NCBI GenBank assembly: GCA_951406725.2
Contig: OX597814.1
Location: 198,772,001 to 198,836,000 of the forward strand
Direction: 5' to 3'
DNA: 64,000 bases
Origin: Octopus vulgaris
Lineage: Eukaryota
Both the position numbers and the translations under genes were made by a program. Within the stretch, counting starts at the first letter, position 1, and each line of letters opens with the position of its first letter. Positions 12,532 to 27,919 of the stretch are shown here, in pieces. The notes below the pieces were generated by a model, which had not been told where the DNA came from, made no database searches, and saw nothing but the letters and a program-made list of their open reading frames with translations.

Positions 12532-12926
12532 AGGCGACGAAATGGCAGAAACGTTAGCACGCCGGCGAAATGCGTAGCCGTATTTTGTCTACCGTTACGT
12601 TCTGAGTTCAAATTCCGCCGAGGTCGACTTTGCCTTTCAACCTTTCGGGGTCGATTAAAATAAGTACCAGTTACGCACTGGGGTCGATATAATCGACTTA
12701 ATCCGTTTGTCTGTCCTTGTTTGTTCCCTCTGTGTTTAGCTCCTTGTGGGTAGTAAAGAAATAAGTATTTCGTCCGTCTTTACGTTCTGAGTTCAAATTC
12801 CGCCGAGGTCGACTTTGCCTTTCACCCTTTCGGGGTCGATGAATTAAGTACCAGTTGCGTACTGGGGTCGATGTAATCGACTGCCCCTCCCCTCAAATTT
12901 CGGGCCTTGCGCCTAGAGGAGAAAAG
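12532..12926 (+). mobile_element. SINE family B, dimeric
   Basis: Matches the other copies. Confidence 0.9.
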
Positions 12927-13027
12927 ATCATTCATACGATATAATTTCCAAATTTATTAATCACGGGAAACATTTTCTACAATGTATTCACTTCTTGAAT
13001 ATAGATAAAAATAATACACAGCGACAT

Positions 13028-13262
13028 TTCTTTTTTCTTTATTGCCCACAGGGGGCTAAACATAGAGGGGACAAACAAGGATAGAAAACGGGATTAAGTC
13101 GATTGTATCGACCCCAGTGTGTAACTGGTTCTTATTTAAACGACCCCAAAAGAATGAAAGGCAAAGTCGACTTCGGCGGAATTTGAACTCAGAACATAAA
13201 GGCAGACGAAATACAGCTACGCATTTCGCCCGGCGTGCTAACGTTTATGCCAGCTCGCCGCC
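13028..13262 (-). mobile_element. SINE family B
   Basis: Reverse complement match. Confidence 0.88.
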
Positions 13263-13326
13263 TTTACACACCAACATTTGGGTTAGCGAATGTAACAACT
13301 GTATATTCAAAAATATAGTTTTCAAT

Positions 13327-13435
<109 letters not shown>

Positions 13436-14704
13436 TGCATCGGTGTTGACTTTAAACCATCTTCAATATTAGTCGTTTACTGTAATACATTTAATATATC
13501 TCATAGTTCTCTTATTAACTTCTCAAAATTTTGTTATATTTATAACAACCATGGAACCGTTATGGGATGAGGCTGGGAAAACCTAAACTATAAATATATT
13601 AATTCTGTCTTGAATTCCCGGCATTTTGCCATCTAATGAAATATAGCAATTACACAAACTTTTCGGACTTCTAAATACGAAATTTCCGCCTAATGGTCGA
13701 CATAAATTACATGAATTGTTTTGGAATAAAACAGCTCAATTTAGTATTCTGGAAATGCGTTGTTTTGTCTCAGTGTCTGAATATTTCAATTAATAATGTC
13801 ACTTTTATAAACTCCACATATATAATTCAGTAATTTTCTTCACCTCTTAACATCATCAGTTCGAACGAATGTTTCTGTAGAAGCTAAACGAACTGTTCAT
13901 TATGTGTGTATAATTATGTGTTAATTAATTTGCAGCACACTAACAAATAACTTACAAATCTGTGAAATGTAAGACACATTTCATGCCAGCTAGACTGAAT
14001 TCAATTATTACCTTCCCAGCAAAATCTATTTTTATACCCCATTAACTGATGTTGTTTTAACCTTGTATATTAACAAGTTAATTAAGTCATTATTGCAATG
14101 AAATTAAATCTCTGATAAAACGTTATACTGGTGTTTTATGGTATTGTATTAATTTCAGCAAAGTTGTATCTTAAATATGAATGCGATTTACAAAGATATT
14201 CAGGATTTCAAAGAATATATTAACTGTATTTGCTTGGAAGTCTAATAAAACTCCGAATTAATGCGCTTGTGTAGATTGTCTGGTATTTAAGTGAAGAACA
14301 TATATTCGTTCTTTCTTTCTTTCTTTCTTTTTCTTTACTTCACACTCTGTCGTCATATATCTGAAAGGAGGTAAAATTTATTCAAACTTCAAAAACGATA
14401 AACAAATGATGTAGAGGAAGAATAGAACTACAAAAACAGCAATAAAAACTATCAAAAAATATTTTTCGTATTAATTCAAATACTATTGGAAAGGATTAAA
14501 ATAAATGAGACAAAATAACAAACAAGCAAAAAGCAAGCAAAACAACAAAGAACGAGCACATTTATCTGATAACCCAAAACATATGTTGTTCGGAATAGGA
14601 TTCTCACGCTTCCTATAAACTTGTGATCTATAACAACGTAAATGATAATTTTGGAGAGAGAATGCGGGAATTCTAACCCATATGAAATGATTTCTTCTCT
14701 CTGT

Positions 14705-15255
14705 TACCTTTTGTTTGTTTCAGTTACTGAGCTGCGGTCATACTGCAGCACCGCCTTGAAGGGTTTCGTCTAGAAAATTCACTCCAATACTCATTTTTTA
14801 AAAGCCTGATACTTGTTTCGGTTTCTTTTGCCGAACCGCTATGTTAAGGATATGTAAAAAAACCTGGTCATCAAGTGTTGGGGCACTCATAAACCATATA
14901 GGTACACATGCACACTCATATATATATATATATACATATATATTAGAAAGAAACCACTATGTGGACACCCTTATGCTAGAAATAGATCCGCTATGGTCTT
15001 ACTACTAAGAAATGTTCTCAAGAAAAATTTAGTTGCTTTGCTAAGTTATTCTTGAGAACATTTCTTAGTGGTAAGACCATAGCGGATCTATTTCTACCAT
15101 AAGGGTGTCCACATCGTGGTTTCTCTCTAATATGTATATAATACAATTTTACTGGACCCTCAGTTTTTTTTATATGCTAGACCACTGGTGTGAAATCGAT
15201 GTTAATTAAATTAATATCTAATTTCTCACCCTCATTTTAAATTTAAATTCATATG

Positions 15256-15339
<84 letters not shown>

Positions 15340-15510
15340 TATATACATATACGATGTACCTCCACACAGTTTCCGTCTACCAAATTCATTCACAAGGCAC
15401 TGACCAGCCCGCAGCTATAGTAGACACTTACCAAGATGCTCGGCAGTGCGACTGAACACGAGCCATTAGTTTCAAAGCGATCTTCTTAACCATGTAGGTA
15501 TACCTTCGCC
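14705..15510 (-). mobile_element. SINE family C split at its internal microsatellite by a fold-back element
   Basis: 3' half ~14705-14880 and 5' half ~15350-15510. Confidence 0.7.
14941..15245. mobile_element. (TA)n-flanked fold-back element (arms ~14941-15032 and ~15041-15132, plus extension)
   Basis: Direct inverted repeat; terminus homologous to 53366-53560. Confidence 0.8.
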
Positions 15511-15544
15511 AATTTCTTTTGTTTTTTTGGTCGTATAAAAAAAA

Positions 15545-16200
15545 AAAATCCGACGCCATGACACTGTGGTAACAATGTTAGCAACAACAGTCGTAATTAG
15601 TATCCAGATATTGTCGAAGTGTCTGCTACTACCTGTCACCCCCTTGTTATCGCTTTCCTCTATTTTTTAAGAAGAAGGGTAACAAGTGCCTTTAATACCA
15701 TGCGTGTAGTAAGTGGGAATTTCCTTTTAAACTATCTGTATGAATTACATCCTCTCTATTCCAACAAGCAAAAGCAACTAAGGAATAGCCAGATGGTCTT
15801 TGAGAAGGGGTCATTAGAATTTTAATATGGACTCCTTCCTACGCTCATCATCTGCTCGTAGAAACACAGCTGGAAGTCAAACGGCAACATTTGTTCTGAC
15901 GTCCCTAACACTGGCAGGTTTCGTAGATCTAGCATTTTACCTAGCACATGCTTTTCCATATAGCTTGTCCCTGTCGGACAGGGCAACAGTAAGCCCCTTT
16001 TGAAGGTATTAAGGCGCACTTCTGGAAATGGCAACAGAGATAAAAAATAAGTTTCCTCTTTGTATCCAGGAAGGATGATTTGTCTTTCTAGAGATATCCC
16101 TGTCATAGTTGTTTTTCTTTTTTTAAAGAGTTCGCTCATCGAGGAACTTTAATTGTCCTCAACGTTATCAAACGATGAAATGTTTTTGCTGGTGTTATCA
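15545..16200 (-). pseudogene. Possible highly decayed mariner-like transposase
   Basis: Fragments FACWNREDVIHTDSL (cf. VFWDxxGVIxxDYL), LLKK*RKAI and RHFDN (cf. HHDN) occur in the expected order. Confidence 0.35.
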
Positions 16201-18034
16201 TTGCTGCTCCTCGCGTTTATATAGTTAGTCTTCGTTTACAACTTATAAATGTTTTTGCAATTTACATTGTAAAACTGAATGTTTATGTTTCAAACAATGT
16301 TTGTGTAATTTTCACAATATCTGCTTTATTCGTTAGCGTCTGTTTTTTTCTTGTTGGCTCATGTTATCGAAACCTCTGCTACCACCGCTGTGGTAAATAC
16401 AACTTCCTGCTACGTACGAGAGCACCATCTTGCAAGCGGAGTAAATATTGCAAATGGCTGATGGTAGAAATATGCTTAGTTAAATGCAACAACGTCAAGA
16501 AAAAACGTTTTACTACCCTAGGGAACTGGGATGGATTTTTTAAATTAATCCGAAAACATTTGTCAACATCTCAGAATGAGAAACGGGAAATCATAAAAAG
16601 AAATCTTCCAATTTTTTCATCAATTAAGCATGATGAATTCCGTTTAAGCCGGGAGCTCTGAGAAACATGAACTTTCATGGTAAACACTGTCAACAGCAAA
16701 AACATTAATGATAATATCGATAATGAAGATGAAGACAATTATAGTTATCATTCTTAATTCTGTGAATCGGTGTAGTTCAGAACGTACTATAAAAAACACT
16801 AGAATATTTTCTGTTATACACTTACAATAATGAATCTTCCATCTTGAAGAGAAAGTAAAACGGCAAAAAATATAATTGAAATAAAATACGAAACTTCTAA
16901 AGGAATCGTTTCGACTAAGTTGTTCAGCGATTAATTAATCAGTTTGAATCCAAAGTAAACATTTGCTATTTAAGTGATGGAACTATCAGATGTATCTTTG
17001 ACAGATTAATGGAATACTTCAATTTTCTAACAGAAAAATCTTGAAAGAATACGTTTAGAAATAAATTATTGTTAACACAAAATGATCAGTGACTTCAGAC
17101 ATGACAGATTGTCTATGAAAGTGAAATATCATCTGTCAAGTCGACTTGAATCTCCTTGGATCTCGTTTCAATTAGAAATATACTACAACTTAAAAAAGAG
17201 AACATAATGAACTACGCAGCATCATCAAACACACATGTTTTCTGGTTAAATTCATGTTCTTCTCCATGTTCTGTGGATAATTTTAATTTCCTAAAGTTAA
17301 ATATATTCTAAATAGCTATCTGAAAAATAATTTCCTGCATACAGTTTTAAAAGTTAGCAATATCGGAACACCGCTGGCATTAACAAACAATTTCACTTCT
17401 CAATCAATCTGAGCAATTCAGCATCACCTCAAAGATGCTTATTTATCTACAAATATTCATTACTTCCTTTCACTATCGATAGACATATTTTTCCGATTAT
17501 ACGAATGGCAATATACATATATGAAAGTGAGCTCACAAAATGGTAATAAATATGGCATTAAGTTTGTGAAGCCTATTCAACAAAATGCATACTTATATCA
17601 GAAAAATACACAAAAACACATCTGTGGGTCATTGAATGCCTTCCTCAAGGGCTAAGTATCAATAAATCCTCAACATGCTGACGAATGGTTGAATATGATT
17701 ACTGTCTGGTAGGTATATATAAGGCGCACTCATCTGCGTGACGAGGAAATTCGAAAAAATATTAACACTCGGCTGAGCACAAGAATATATGTAGAAAAAA
17801 TTGAGAAGCTCGTAGTTAGTTTAACAAAGATATCTCTTTATGCAAGATGAACAAGGGAAATAGAATTTGTCATCTTACGTTAACACGTATTGCATAATAT
17901 CTTTTATCGGTAGGATTGCCAAACATCACGAAATCAACAGATGTATTCAATGCTAAAAAATGTGTTTCAGTAGAATATTAGTACTATTCACCAAATCTAA
18001 GCACCTGGGAGTAATAGAAAACTATCAGTCTCAA

Positions 18035-18513
<479 letters not shown>

Positions 18514-19060
18514 TAAGTGATGTACAGATATTGTATATTTAGAATAACAAGGAATTCAGAATGTTGGTTGATTTTATATATTCTTTTATTTATTTACATT
18601 TTAATTATATTTTAGAACGTTTTCTTCTGGTCTTGGATTTATCAAGAAATGGTTGAAATTTTGATTTCTTGGCTTTTTTATAAAGAATATTCTGGGGTTT
18701 GCTAGACAGGGGAGAAGAAAGAAGAAAAACCATTTTATGCAAAGTAGGGGGAAGAAAAAAGGGGGGCTTTTGTATGGTCAGGTCAGACTTGTTTGTTTAG
18801 TACATAGTGGTCTTTTAAGGAAGGGGACGAAAAAGAAAGGAAAAGTAAAAGAATTTTTGTATCTGAATTGATCAAGGTTTTAAGGGAAAAACCAGATATG
18901 GTTTTTGACTTCAGTCAGTAAAAATTATAATTGCATTTCTAAGACATGCTCTTGTATGTTCATTAAAAAAATAGTTGAATGGATGTGGTCAACCTTTTTT
19001 ATTGAAATTCGAGATGTCTTCGAAAGAGTGATTACTGAGTTCACTATACGCCCACATAAC

Positions 19061-19115
<55 letters not shown>

Positions 19116-19699
19116 TATATACATACACACACACACACATATATATACACATGCATACATACACACATACATATACACACACATGCATAAACATACACAC
19201 ATACACACAGACATATATATATGTATATACATACATACACCACACATACATTAGAACACATTATGATTTTGTTTTAAATAATCAATTCATATAATTGAAG
19301 ATTCATTCTGTGGTTAGATAAATTTGGGAAGTGTTGGTCATTTTAGCCACTACTCTTTATTTTTGTCCGAGTATTTGTCCTTCAGACTGCAAAAAAGAAT
19401 TTTAAATAAAAGGCAATACGTAATGCTGTCACAGTTATATTTCCAAACTCATCTATTTCTGGTTGGCTGTCTTGTTTTGAATACATTTTAAAGCTCCAAC
19501 CTTGAATTTCCTGAATCAGAAAGACTGCCAGGTACAGAAGAGGGAAAGCAGTTGTTCTTATAAAATTTAGGAATCTGGAGTGTTTTGCAAGGTCCAAGAA
19601 CGTGGTAAAAATGTTTTAGCAATAGTCTGAGATCGTCTTTAACATAAATACAGTAAAATTCATATAGATTTCTCAAAGCTGGAATTTCAAAGAAATATA

Positions 19700-19965
19700 T
19701 AGTTATGTTAATTTTTGTCGAGGACTTTTTGTGAAGTATAGTACCGTTATCTTTCGAAACTTTGAATTTTCCTTCACATATTTCCAAATGTTTCCTTTTT
19801 TCAAGCGCTTAATTTTGGTGCGAACTTCTTTATGAAGTGTAGTTCCATTGTTTTTCGGTAGTTTGGGTCGTTCCTTGAGCATTTGTAAAAGTGGAAGACT
19901 TTGAGTTTTCCTTCTCCACATATTTCCAAATGTTTGCTCAGTGGGATTTTCCGTAGCTCCTCCTG
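19700..19965 (-). pseudogene. Penelope-like GIY-YIG endonuclease C-terminal fragment, partially duplicated
   Basis: Frame not in the track: EELRKIPLSKHLEICGEGKLKVFHFYKCSRNDPNYRKTMELHFIKKFAPKLSA* (E..FI..F.P.LN-type ending); KHLEIC repeated at ~19790. Confidence 0.65.
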
Positions 19966-20945
19966 TCGAGATAGTAGTGCAACAAAACACTGACTGTAGA
20001 TGAAAAATGAAAAGCTAATGCAAGAAACCGAATTACTAATTATAACCGTCCAGAATGAATTTGATAAGCAGGATGTGAAATCATGAAAGTGAAAACTTTA
20101 GATAATATTTACAGTGCCAGTAATTTTATCAACTCATATTGTACAAAATTAGTCACTGTGCTAACAACCGCTTGCTAGTCCTCGTCTCTCTGGATGACTA
20201 GCTCGAATCAGACATCTTGCACAGTCCACCATAATGCAAACCCACAGTACTCTCAAAGAGAATCCGAAATTCTTTACAGGTTTCCAAGTCTTTATGTATT
20301 ACAAATAGCAATTGATACTTGTAAGATTTATTGTTCTCCACTTCTTGTCATTCATGTATCACGAATGTTCATAGTGGTCATCGATCTGACGTTAGACCTA
20401 TGTTGTTGTAAAGGCACGTAGGTCTGTACAGACCAATAATCGAATGCTGTCGATGAAAAGTCAGTGGCCTGAATACATCTGTAGATGTATTCTATAGTAC
20501 ACAACATCATTGAAACAAAACCCTATTAACGGGAATATGGCAAAAAATGCGTTATGTATACAAATCGGTCTGTTCGATTTATTGAAGCAATAATCATAGT
20601 GGATTCATGTGCAGTGTTTTTGAGGCTAGTAAACAAGAGTATGAGATTGCTGATAAAAATTAGCTAAATAGATTCAAACTAGTCATTCTCTCGTTTCTTC
20701 CCTACGAAGATACACGGTGCTAGCATCTCTTTATTACTTAAAATTAATACAGCGTCCTTCAAGCCAGATTTTATGGCGGTTTCAATGGAGTTCAGGAAAT
20801 TTAGAGTGTGTTGCTTAGTTAACACTTAGCTAACACAGTTATTTCGTTTACAAAGATGGAAAAAAAAAATCTGCACTCTCCGATTCGAGCCGTAGGAATA
20901 CTTAACAAGGATATTGGTGTGCAATTTGGGATAAGTAAGCAGTTT

Positions 20946-21332
20946 TAGTTAGTTAGTTAGTTAGTTAATTTGGCTCAAAAGCAAATAGCAAGGCCATGTA
21001 GGGGGACATGGAGTTAAGTACAGGGTGGTGTTCATGTAAAGAGTTCAGGCCACTTGAGGTCAAGGGAGGCTTTGAACAAAGCGGTCATCGGCATCTTCAC
21101 CATCTCGTCTGGCAGCTTGTTCAACGGATCCGCAACCCGGACGGAGAAAGCTCCTCTCCTTCGATTGAGATGAAATCGTCGCCGGTAGAGCTTTTCGGAA
21201 TGACCCCGCAGCCGACGCTCTGGAGCAGGAGTGAAGAACAGCTCTTTCGAGAGGTTACACTTTCCGCTTATGATGTTGTGGGCGAGAATGAGATCACCAC
21301 GGCGGCTGCGTTTTTCAAGAGAATAAAGTTTT
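20946..21332 (-). mobile_element. CR1-clade LINE 3' end with (AACT)n tail
   Basis: LYSLEKRSRRGDLILAHNII...RLRGHSEKL...FSVRVADPLNKLP...WPELFT* (stop at 21032-21034), short 3' UTR, tandem tail. Confidence 0.88.
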
Positions 21333-22339
21333 AATTATGATGAGGTCCCAAAATATTTAACAACATAGTTAACACAGTTATTTTGAGCTGAGTGAACCGA
21401 AGCAACGTGAAATGAAGTGATATGAAACTGTCACTCAAACTGCGAAGTCCCTCACTATCACCTCTATTACATCGATGTTGTTAAAAGTCCACAGTGCAGA
21501 TATTCTGCTGGAATAGAGGAAAGTCTAGAGGAAAGGCAATTAGTGAGATTGGCAATTGGTAAATTCACTATACAATTACATTTTAAGCAAACTGACGTGT
21601 TTCACTTATATGTACAGCCGTTTCAAATAAAATAATATTAGATTATTAATATTTATCTTTGTAAATTATTAATACTATATTTTTTTCTTGTTTCTCCGAC
21701 AATGGAATACAAAACATTGGCAAAATATTTGCATCTGCGTTATCAATAATAAACGATTACTGACATTTAAAGGAGAGAAAAGTGAAAATAAAATAATAAA
21801 ATAAAGAAACACTTCTCTCGCTTATTGCTGTAATTGCAGGTATTTATTATTTCTCTATTTCCGCAATAGCCACAAATTGGAGACATTACAAGGACGAATT
21901 ATAATTCGAAATATATTTTTTTACATCAATTTTGGAGAACAGGCAGTAATGAATGAACAACATAGAATAATACTCTTTACTTGTTTCAATCATTTAACTG
22001 TGGCCATGCTGGAGCACCGCCTTTTACTCGAGCAAATCGGCCCCAGGACTTATTCTTTGTAAGCCTCGTACTTATTCTATCAGTCCCTTTTGCCGAACCG
22101 CTAGTTTACGGGGACGTAAACACACAAGCAGTAGGGAGAACATACCAGAAACCCCGGCTTAGTCTGTTTATCAAAGGAGAAAACATCTTTTCTGCTGTAA
22201 TTGCGAGTTCAGAGTCAAATGTTCAGAATATGCTCATTCAACGGAGACAGACGCGGCATTCGCGCTCATCTTTCAGCAAATTTACTCGCGAGCAACAGCT
22301 CTGTCCTTACCACACTGCGTTAATGGAATCCGTTACTGT

Positions 22340-22740
22340 GAGTGGCTGTGTGGTAAGTAGCTTGCTTACCAACCACATGGTTCCGGGTCCAATCTCACTG
22401 CGTGGCACCTTGGGTTAGTGTCTTCTACTATAGCTTGCAGCCAACCAAAGCCAGCCTTGTGAGTGGATTTGGTAGACGGAAACTGAAAGAAGCCCGGCGT
22501 ATATATGTATGTATATATATATGTGTGTGTGTGTGTGTGTCTGTGTTCGTCCCCTCACCTACATCACTTGACAACCGATGCTGGTGTGTTTACGTCCCCG
22601 TAACTTAGCGATTCAGCAAAAGAGACCGATAGAATAAGTACTAGGCTTACAAAAAATAAGTCCCGGGGTCGATTTGCTCGACTAAAGGCGGTGCTCCAGC
22701 ATGACCACAGTCAAATGACTGAAACAAATAAAAGAGTAAA
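22340..22740 (+). mobile_element. SINE family C with internal (TA)/(TG) microsatellite
   Basis: Near-identical to 26675-27070; a minus-strand 3' half also lies at ~21973-22128. Confidence 0.88.
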
Positions 22741-22872
22741 ATAAAGTATGTATGTATGTAAGTATGTATGTATGTATGCATGCAGACATTTACGTATGTA
22801 CGTATGTGTGTATGAAGACACAACCTTGTTCAGTTTATTTTTTGTTTTGTTCACGCATGCACGTGTGTGTGT

Positions 22873-22909
<37 letters not shown>

Positions 22910-23134
22910 GGACGGCTGTAAAAAGAGATTTCATATCGTGTGTGTGAGTGAGTGATTGTCTGTTTTGTTTGATAGCTAAACCGTTCAAAGGTATTTAGAC
23001 AACATTTACTGGGTAAATCTTGTGTGTATGTACGCATGAGCGGCTGTTTGCATGTGTACATGTAAGCTTATACATATCAACATACACATATAAATGGGTG
23101 CTAGCGTGGATGCAGTTGCATATGTCGGTCTAGT

Positions 23135-23519
23135 GGAGGCGCAATGTCCCAGTGGTTAGGGCAGCGGACTCGCGGTCATAGGATCGCGGTTTCGATTCCC
23201 AGACCGGGCTTTGTGAGTGTTTATTGAGCGAAAACACCTAAAAGCTCCACGAGGCTCCGGCAGGGGATGGTGATGATCCCTGCTGTACTCTTTCACCACA
23301 ACTTTCTCTCACTCTTACTTCCTGTTTCTGTTGTACCTGTATTTCAAAGGGCCGGCCTTGTCACTCTCTGTGTCACGCTGAATACCCCCGAGAACTACGT
23401 TAAGGGTACACGTGTCTGTGGAGTGCTCAGCCACTTACACGTTAATTTCACGAGCAGGCTGTTCCGTTGATCGGATCAACCGGAACCCTCATCGTCGTAA
23501 CCGACGGAGTGCTTCCATC
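23135..23519 (+). mobile_element. SINE family A, long-tail form
   Basis: Near-identical to the copies at 32154 and 34539; flanking repeat CATATGTCG. Confidence 0.92.
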
Positions 23520-23713
23520 CATATGTCGATCTTATTAAGTACTGTACATCATATATGTTTTACGTATTTTGAAAGTACCTTTGAGAGCCTGCAGCGGTTG
23601 TCTGCTGATACGCCTTGTTTTTTCTCGATTTGTGAAATCCAAATTTTCAAGAATGTTAATGAGGCAATTAGTCAAACAACTAAGTGCTCCAATTATTATC
23701 GGTAAAAAACGTC

Positions 23714-24015
23714 GCCCTTTTCAAGCCTAACCAGTCTCATGGGCCCGGTTTCCCGGTTTCTGTGGCGTATGTGTTCCCCCACTCCAGCTGGACGGGACGC
23801 CAGTCCATCGCAGCGTTACTCAAGAAACAGGAAGAGAGAGTGAGGGAAAGTTGGGGCAAATGAGTACAACAGGGGTCATCACCATCCCTTGCCGGAGCCT
23901 CGAGGAGCTTTTCGGTGTTTTCGCTCAATAATCACACAACGCCCGGTCTGGGAATCGAAACCATGATCCTCCGACCGCGAGTCCGCTGCCCTAACCACTG
24001 GGCCATTGCGCCTCC
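23714..24015 (-). mobile_element. SINE family A, alternative-tail form
   Basis: Same head, tail GCGATGGACTGGCGTCCCGTCCAG...GAAACCGGG; sister at 47320. Confidence 0.9.
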
Positions 24016-24063
24016 ACGATTAATACTAACATAGATAAAGAACGCAGAGGGATGACCAACCGA

Positions 24064-24183
24064 AATAAAGCCTGCAATTGTCGGAACTGCAATTTATATG
24101 CATTAGGGGGTTCCTGTGTAAGGAAAAACGTGGTATACAAGACTGAGGTCATACCTGCCAATCAACCTAAGAATGTATACATC
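24064..24183 (+). pseudogene. Penelope-like element linker / GIY-YIG N-terminal fragment
   Basis: NKACNCRNCNLYALGGSCVRKNVVYKTEV...NVYI fits the CNCR..CPL.G.C...VVY...YIG pattern. Confidence 0.7.
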
Positions 24184-25666
24184 GAAACCGCGATCCTCCG
24201 ATCGCAAGTCCGCTGCCTTAACCACTGGGCCATTGCGCCTACACAATTATTAACGGTAGATACTTCAGATTGTTGTCCGGATGGAGTGTCAGTATGTACA
24301 ATGCGCACAAAAACACATACAAGCACATACGAAAGCTTAACAGTTTCAAATTTCGCTGTCCATTGTGTATATGTTAATCGCCAAGGGTTGTGGCACTAAA
24401 GTAAGGTGAGATACGATAGATATTCATAATGTAAATCGAGGAATAGCCAATAGTTACTAGAGGCAAAAGGAATACATTGAGGGATGATTTTCTTTATAGA
24501 CAGATAAACTTAGATGAAGGGAAGAGATTTTGAGCCTAAACTAAAAAAACCTGGAAGAAAGATGAAATGAAACTGCATAATCTAAAGATTATATAGTTTC
24601 ATTTAATCTCTCGTTGTTGAAACCAAATTAGATGGCGTATACAGTAAAGCAATCTATAGCTAAAGATGGATAATGGGTAGATTGTTCGGACTTTAATCCT
24701 TTCACTGACTAAAATTAAACGATTATTTGTTGTGTATTATGTTTCTTGGTTAAATCATTTAATTATTCCAAAAATAGTTTTAAAATATGAAATTCTATTT
24801 TCGTTTATTTGAAAATTAATTGTTAGAGATCATGTATTGTCGTCTAGGAATAATATCTGACGAGAGAAGTTTTTAAAAGACTCTATATTTAATGATTTCT
24901 CTGGTAAGAATTATTTCTATGACACAAGATATATTTTTAACACCTTTGATTTCTCTTCACACTTATTACGAGGTGATGGATATTATCGATCTGAAAAACG
25001 AAACAACGAAAAAGAAAACAAAAAGCAAAAACAAAAATAAATTATAAAAGGATATACAAAGATAAACATAAAGCAACATAATTATTGCATGAAAGACAGT
25101 AATTAATAAACATTCATCAACTTTCGGGTTGCATTAAAAGTTAGCTAATGAGAAACACAGTTTTGATTAGATATTTTTTTGATTTATAACGATCTATTAT
25201 GTTTATCCAATCAAACAAGCGCGAAATGCGTCATAAAATTATATTATTAATATCGTAAAAATGAAGACAGCGAGCGAAGTGATCGTTTACTTTATAAATG
25301 TGGTAACTGTGTATACATATACAAATTAAATGACTTGATTCAAGTAGGTAGGTGAATGAATTCCTTTGAGCGTATGCGTGAATAAATACGTATATTCCTG
25401 GATATAAAACGCGTAAAAAAGAAAGCGAACAAAAAAGCGAAATGCAAAAGCTTAGAAATATATCTGCAAGGTATATTAATAGAAGTTTTAATAGTAAAAC
25501 GAAAGTAATATTTTATATGGCTTCATTCTTGATTCAATCTATTAAGGAGGAAAATATGAAATACCAACAGAGTTGAAAAGAACTGCTTATATTTCAATGC
25601 TTTCAGCATCGGCCAGCTGTTTTCGTCGGCAGTAAAACGATATGAAATCTCTTTTTACAGCCGTCC

Positions 25667-25724
<58 letters not shown>

Positions 25725-25855
25725 GGCATATATATGTAGGTATGTACATATGCATATATATACTTATACATATAAATGCATATACATAAGTATACTTTCA
25801 TACGCATACAGTTACACACACACACACATACATACATACATATATATATATACAC

Positions 25856-25929
<74 letters not shown>

Positions 25930-25981
25930 CATATGTGTGTGTCTATATACATATATAAATTATTTATTATTAATCATATCC

Positions 25982-26032
<51 letters not shown>

Positions 26033-26149
26033 CATACATACATAATATATATATATATATATATTATTTATATGTGTGTCTATATACATATAGATATATA
26101 TATATATTATTTATTATTAATCATATCTCTCTCTCTCTCTCTCTCTATC

Positions 26150-26184
<35 letters not shown>

Positions 26185-26674
26185 TTTATGTGAAAAACAA
26201 TGGGATGTAACTACTTATTTATTGACTGCAACACTACAGAAAAGAAAACACTAAACCATATAGATACGTACATACACGCAAGCGTGCGTGCACACAGATG
26301 TACACTCGCACATACAGACAGATACACCACTCAAACAACCTAACATACACGCCCACACACACGCGCACATACACGTAAAGGAATATATAATGATTATATA
26401 TCTTGAAAATCACAAGCCACATTTTTGTCCGAAACTACAGAGAAGTACATCATTTAAAAGAGAATGTCAGTTTAATTTAGATTTTATTGCTCTTTCTGTA
26501 TTCTTTTAATATTTCAGAATATTATTTACACTGAAGTCCAACAATAGGAACTGCAAGCTGTTTATTAGAGAGATAATTGTGAAATTTAGTACACAGGGAT
26601 AGATGGATAAATAGAAAGCTAGACATACAGATAGATTGACAGATAAATGTATATATATATATATATATATACAT

Positions 26675-27066
26675 AGGCGCAGGAGTGGCTGTGTGGTAAG
26701 TAGCTTGCTTACCAACCTCATGGTTCCGGGTTCAGTCCCACTGCGTGGCATCTTGGGCAAGTGTCTTCTGCTATAGCCTCGGGCCGACCAAAGCCTTGTG
26801 AGTGGATTTGGTAGACGGAAACTGAAAGAAGCCTGTCGTATATATGTATATATATATATATGTATGTTTGTGTATATGTTTGTGTTTCTGTTTTTGTCCC
26901 CCTAGCATTGCTTGACAACCGATGCTGGTGTGTTTACGTCCCCGTTACTTAGCGGTTCGGCAAAAGAGACCTATAGAATAAGTGCAAGGCTTACAAAGAA
27001 TAAGTCCCGGGGTCGATTTGCTCGACTAAAGGCGGTGCTCCAGCCTGGCCGCAGTCAAATGACTGA

Positions 27067-27070
<4 letters not shown>
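26675..27070 (+). mobile_element. SINE family C, intact reference copy
   Basis: tRNA-like A/B boxes, CATCTTGGGCAAGTG segment, internal microsatellite, conserved tail. Confidence 0.92.
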
Positions 27071-27105
<35 letters not shown>

Positions 27106-27511
27106 TATAAAAGACAAAAAAGAGTAAAAATACTACAGAAGGCTTGTGTTATATGGTTAAAGAATGTATTTAAATCGTTTTGTCAGGAAAATGTTATAAA
27201 ATTTTCGCGTATAGTAACATAGTTTTTGGAGAAATAACCGGTTTCGTATTTTCTTTTCAAATTTCTCAAATTTCTTTACCTATATCGTGTTATATCTTCG
27301 CTATGTTGTGAAATATGGAGTTCCAGGTAGAGGAAGGTAATCAGGGATTTTTCCCGGTATAAGGGAGATAATACAAAATGCTGAGAATGACAAGGCTTGA
27401 TTAATTTAACATGATTTGGTCTAGAAGGAATAGAATGTTACAAGTAGTTAGGTTTTACTTTATATTTTTTCAATGAGGTGAGTTTCCTTATATTTCTCTC
27501 TCTCTCCCTCC

Positions 27512-27559
<48 letters not shown>

Positions 27560-27586
27560 ATATATATTTCTATATATATTTGTATA

Positions 27587-27636
<50 letters not shown>

Positions 27637-27919
27637 CAGACAGACAGATAGATGGATAGATAGAAAGAGAGAGACAGAGAGAGACAGAGACAGAGATAGC
27701 ATTTTATATGCGTTACACTATGTGCAAATGTCTTCTACTATAGCCTCGGGCAGACCAAAGAAAGTGGAATAGGAAGAAGGAAACTGAAAGAAGCCCATCG
27801 TATACATACATACATACATACATACATAAATACATATAAAAAAATGTACTGGAGTAGATTCGTTCGACTAAATTTGGTCAAAGTTGTTCCACAGCATGGC
27901 CGCTGTCTAATAACTGAAA

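Noticed and set aside
21008-21334. 108-aa plus-strand ORF
   Set aside because: Antisense shadow of the CR1 RT C-terminus on the minus strand
23135-23210. tRNA genes at SINE heads
   Set aside because: They continue into shared SINE bodies in many copies, so they are SINE promoters rather than tRNA genes
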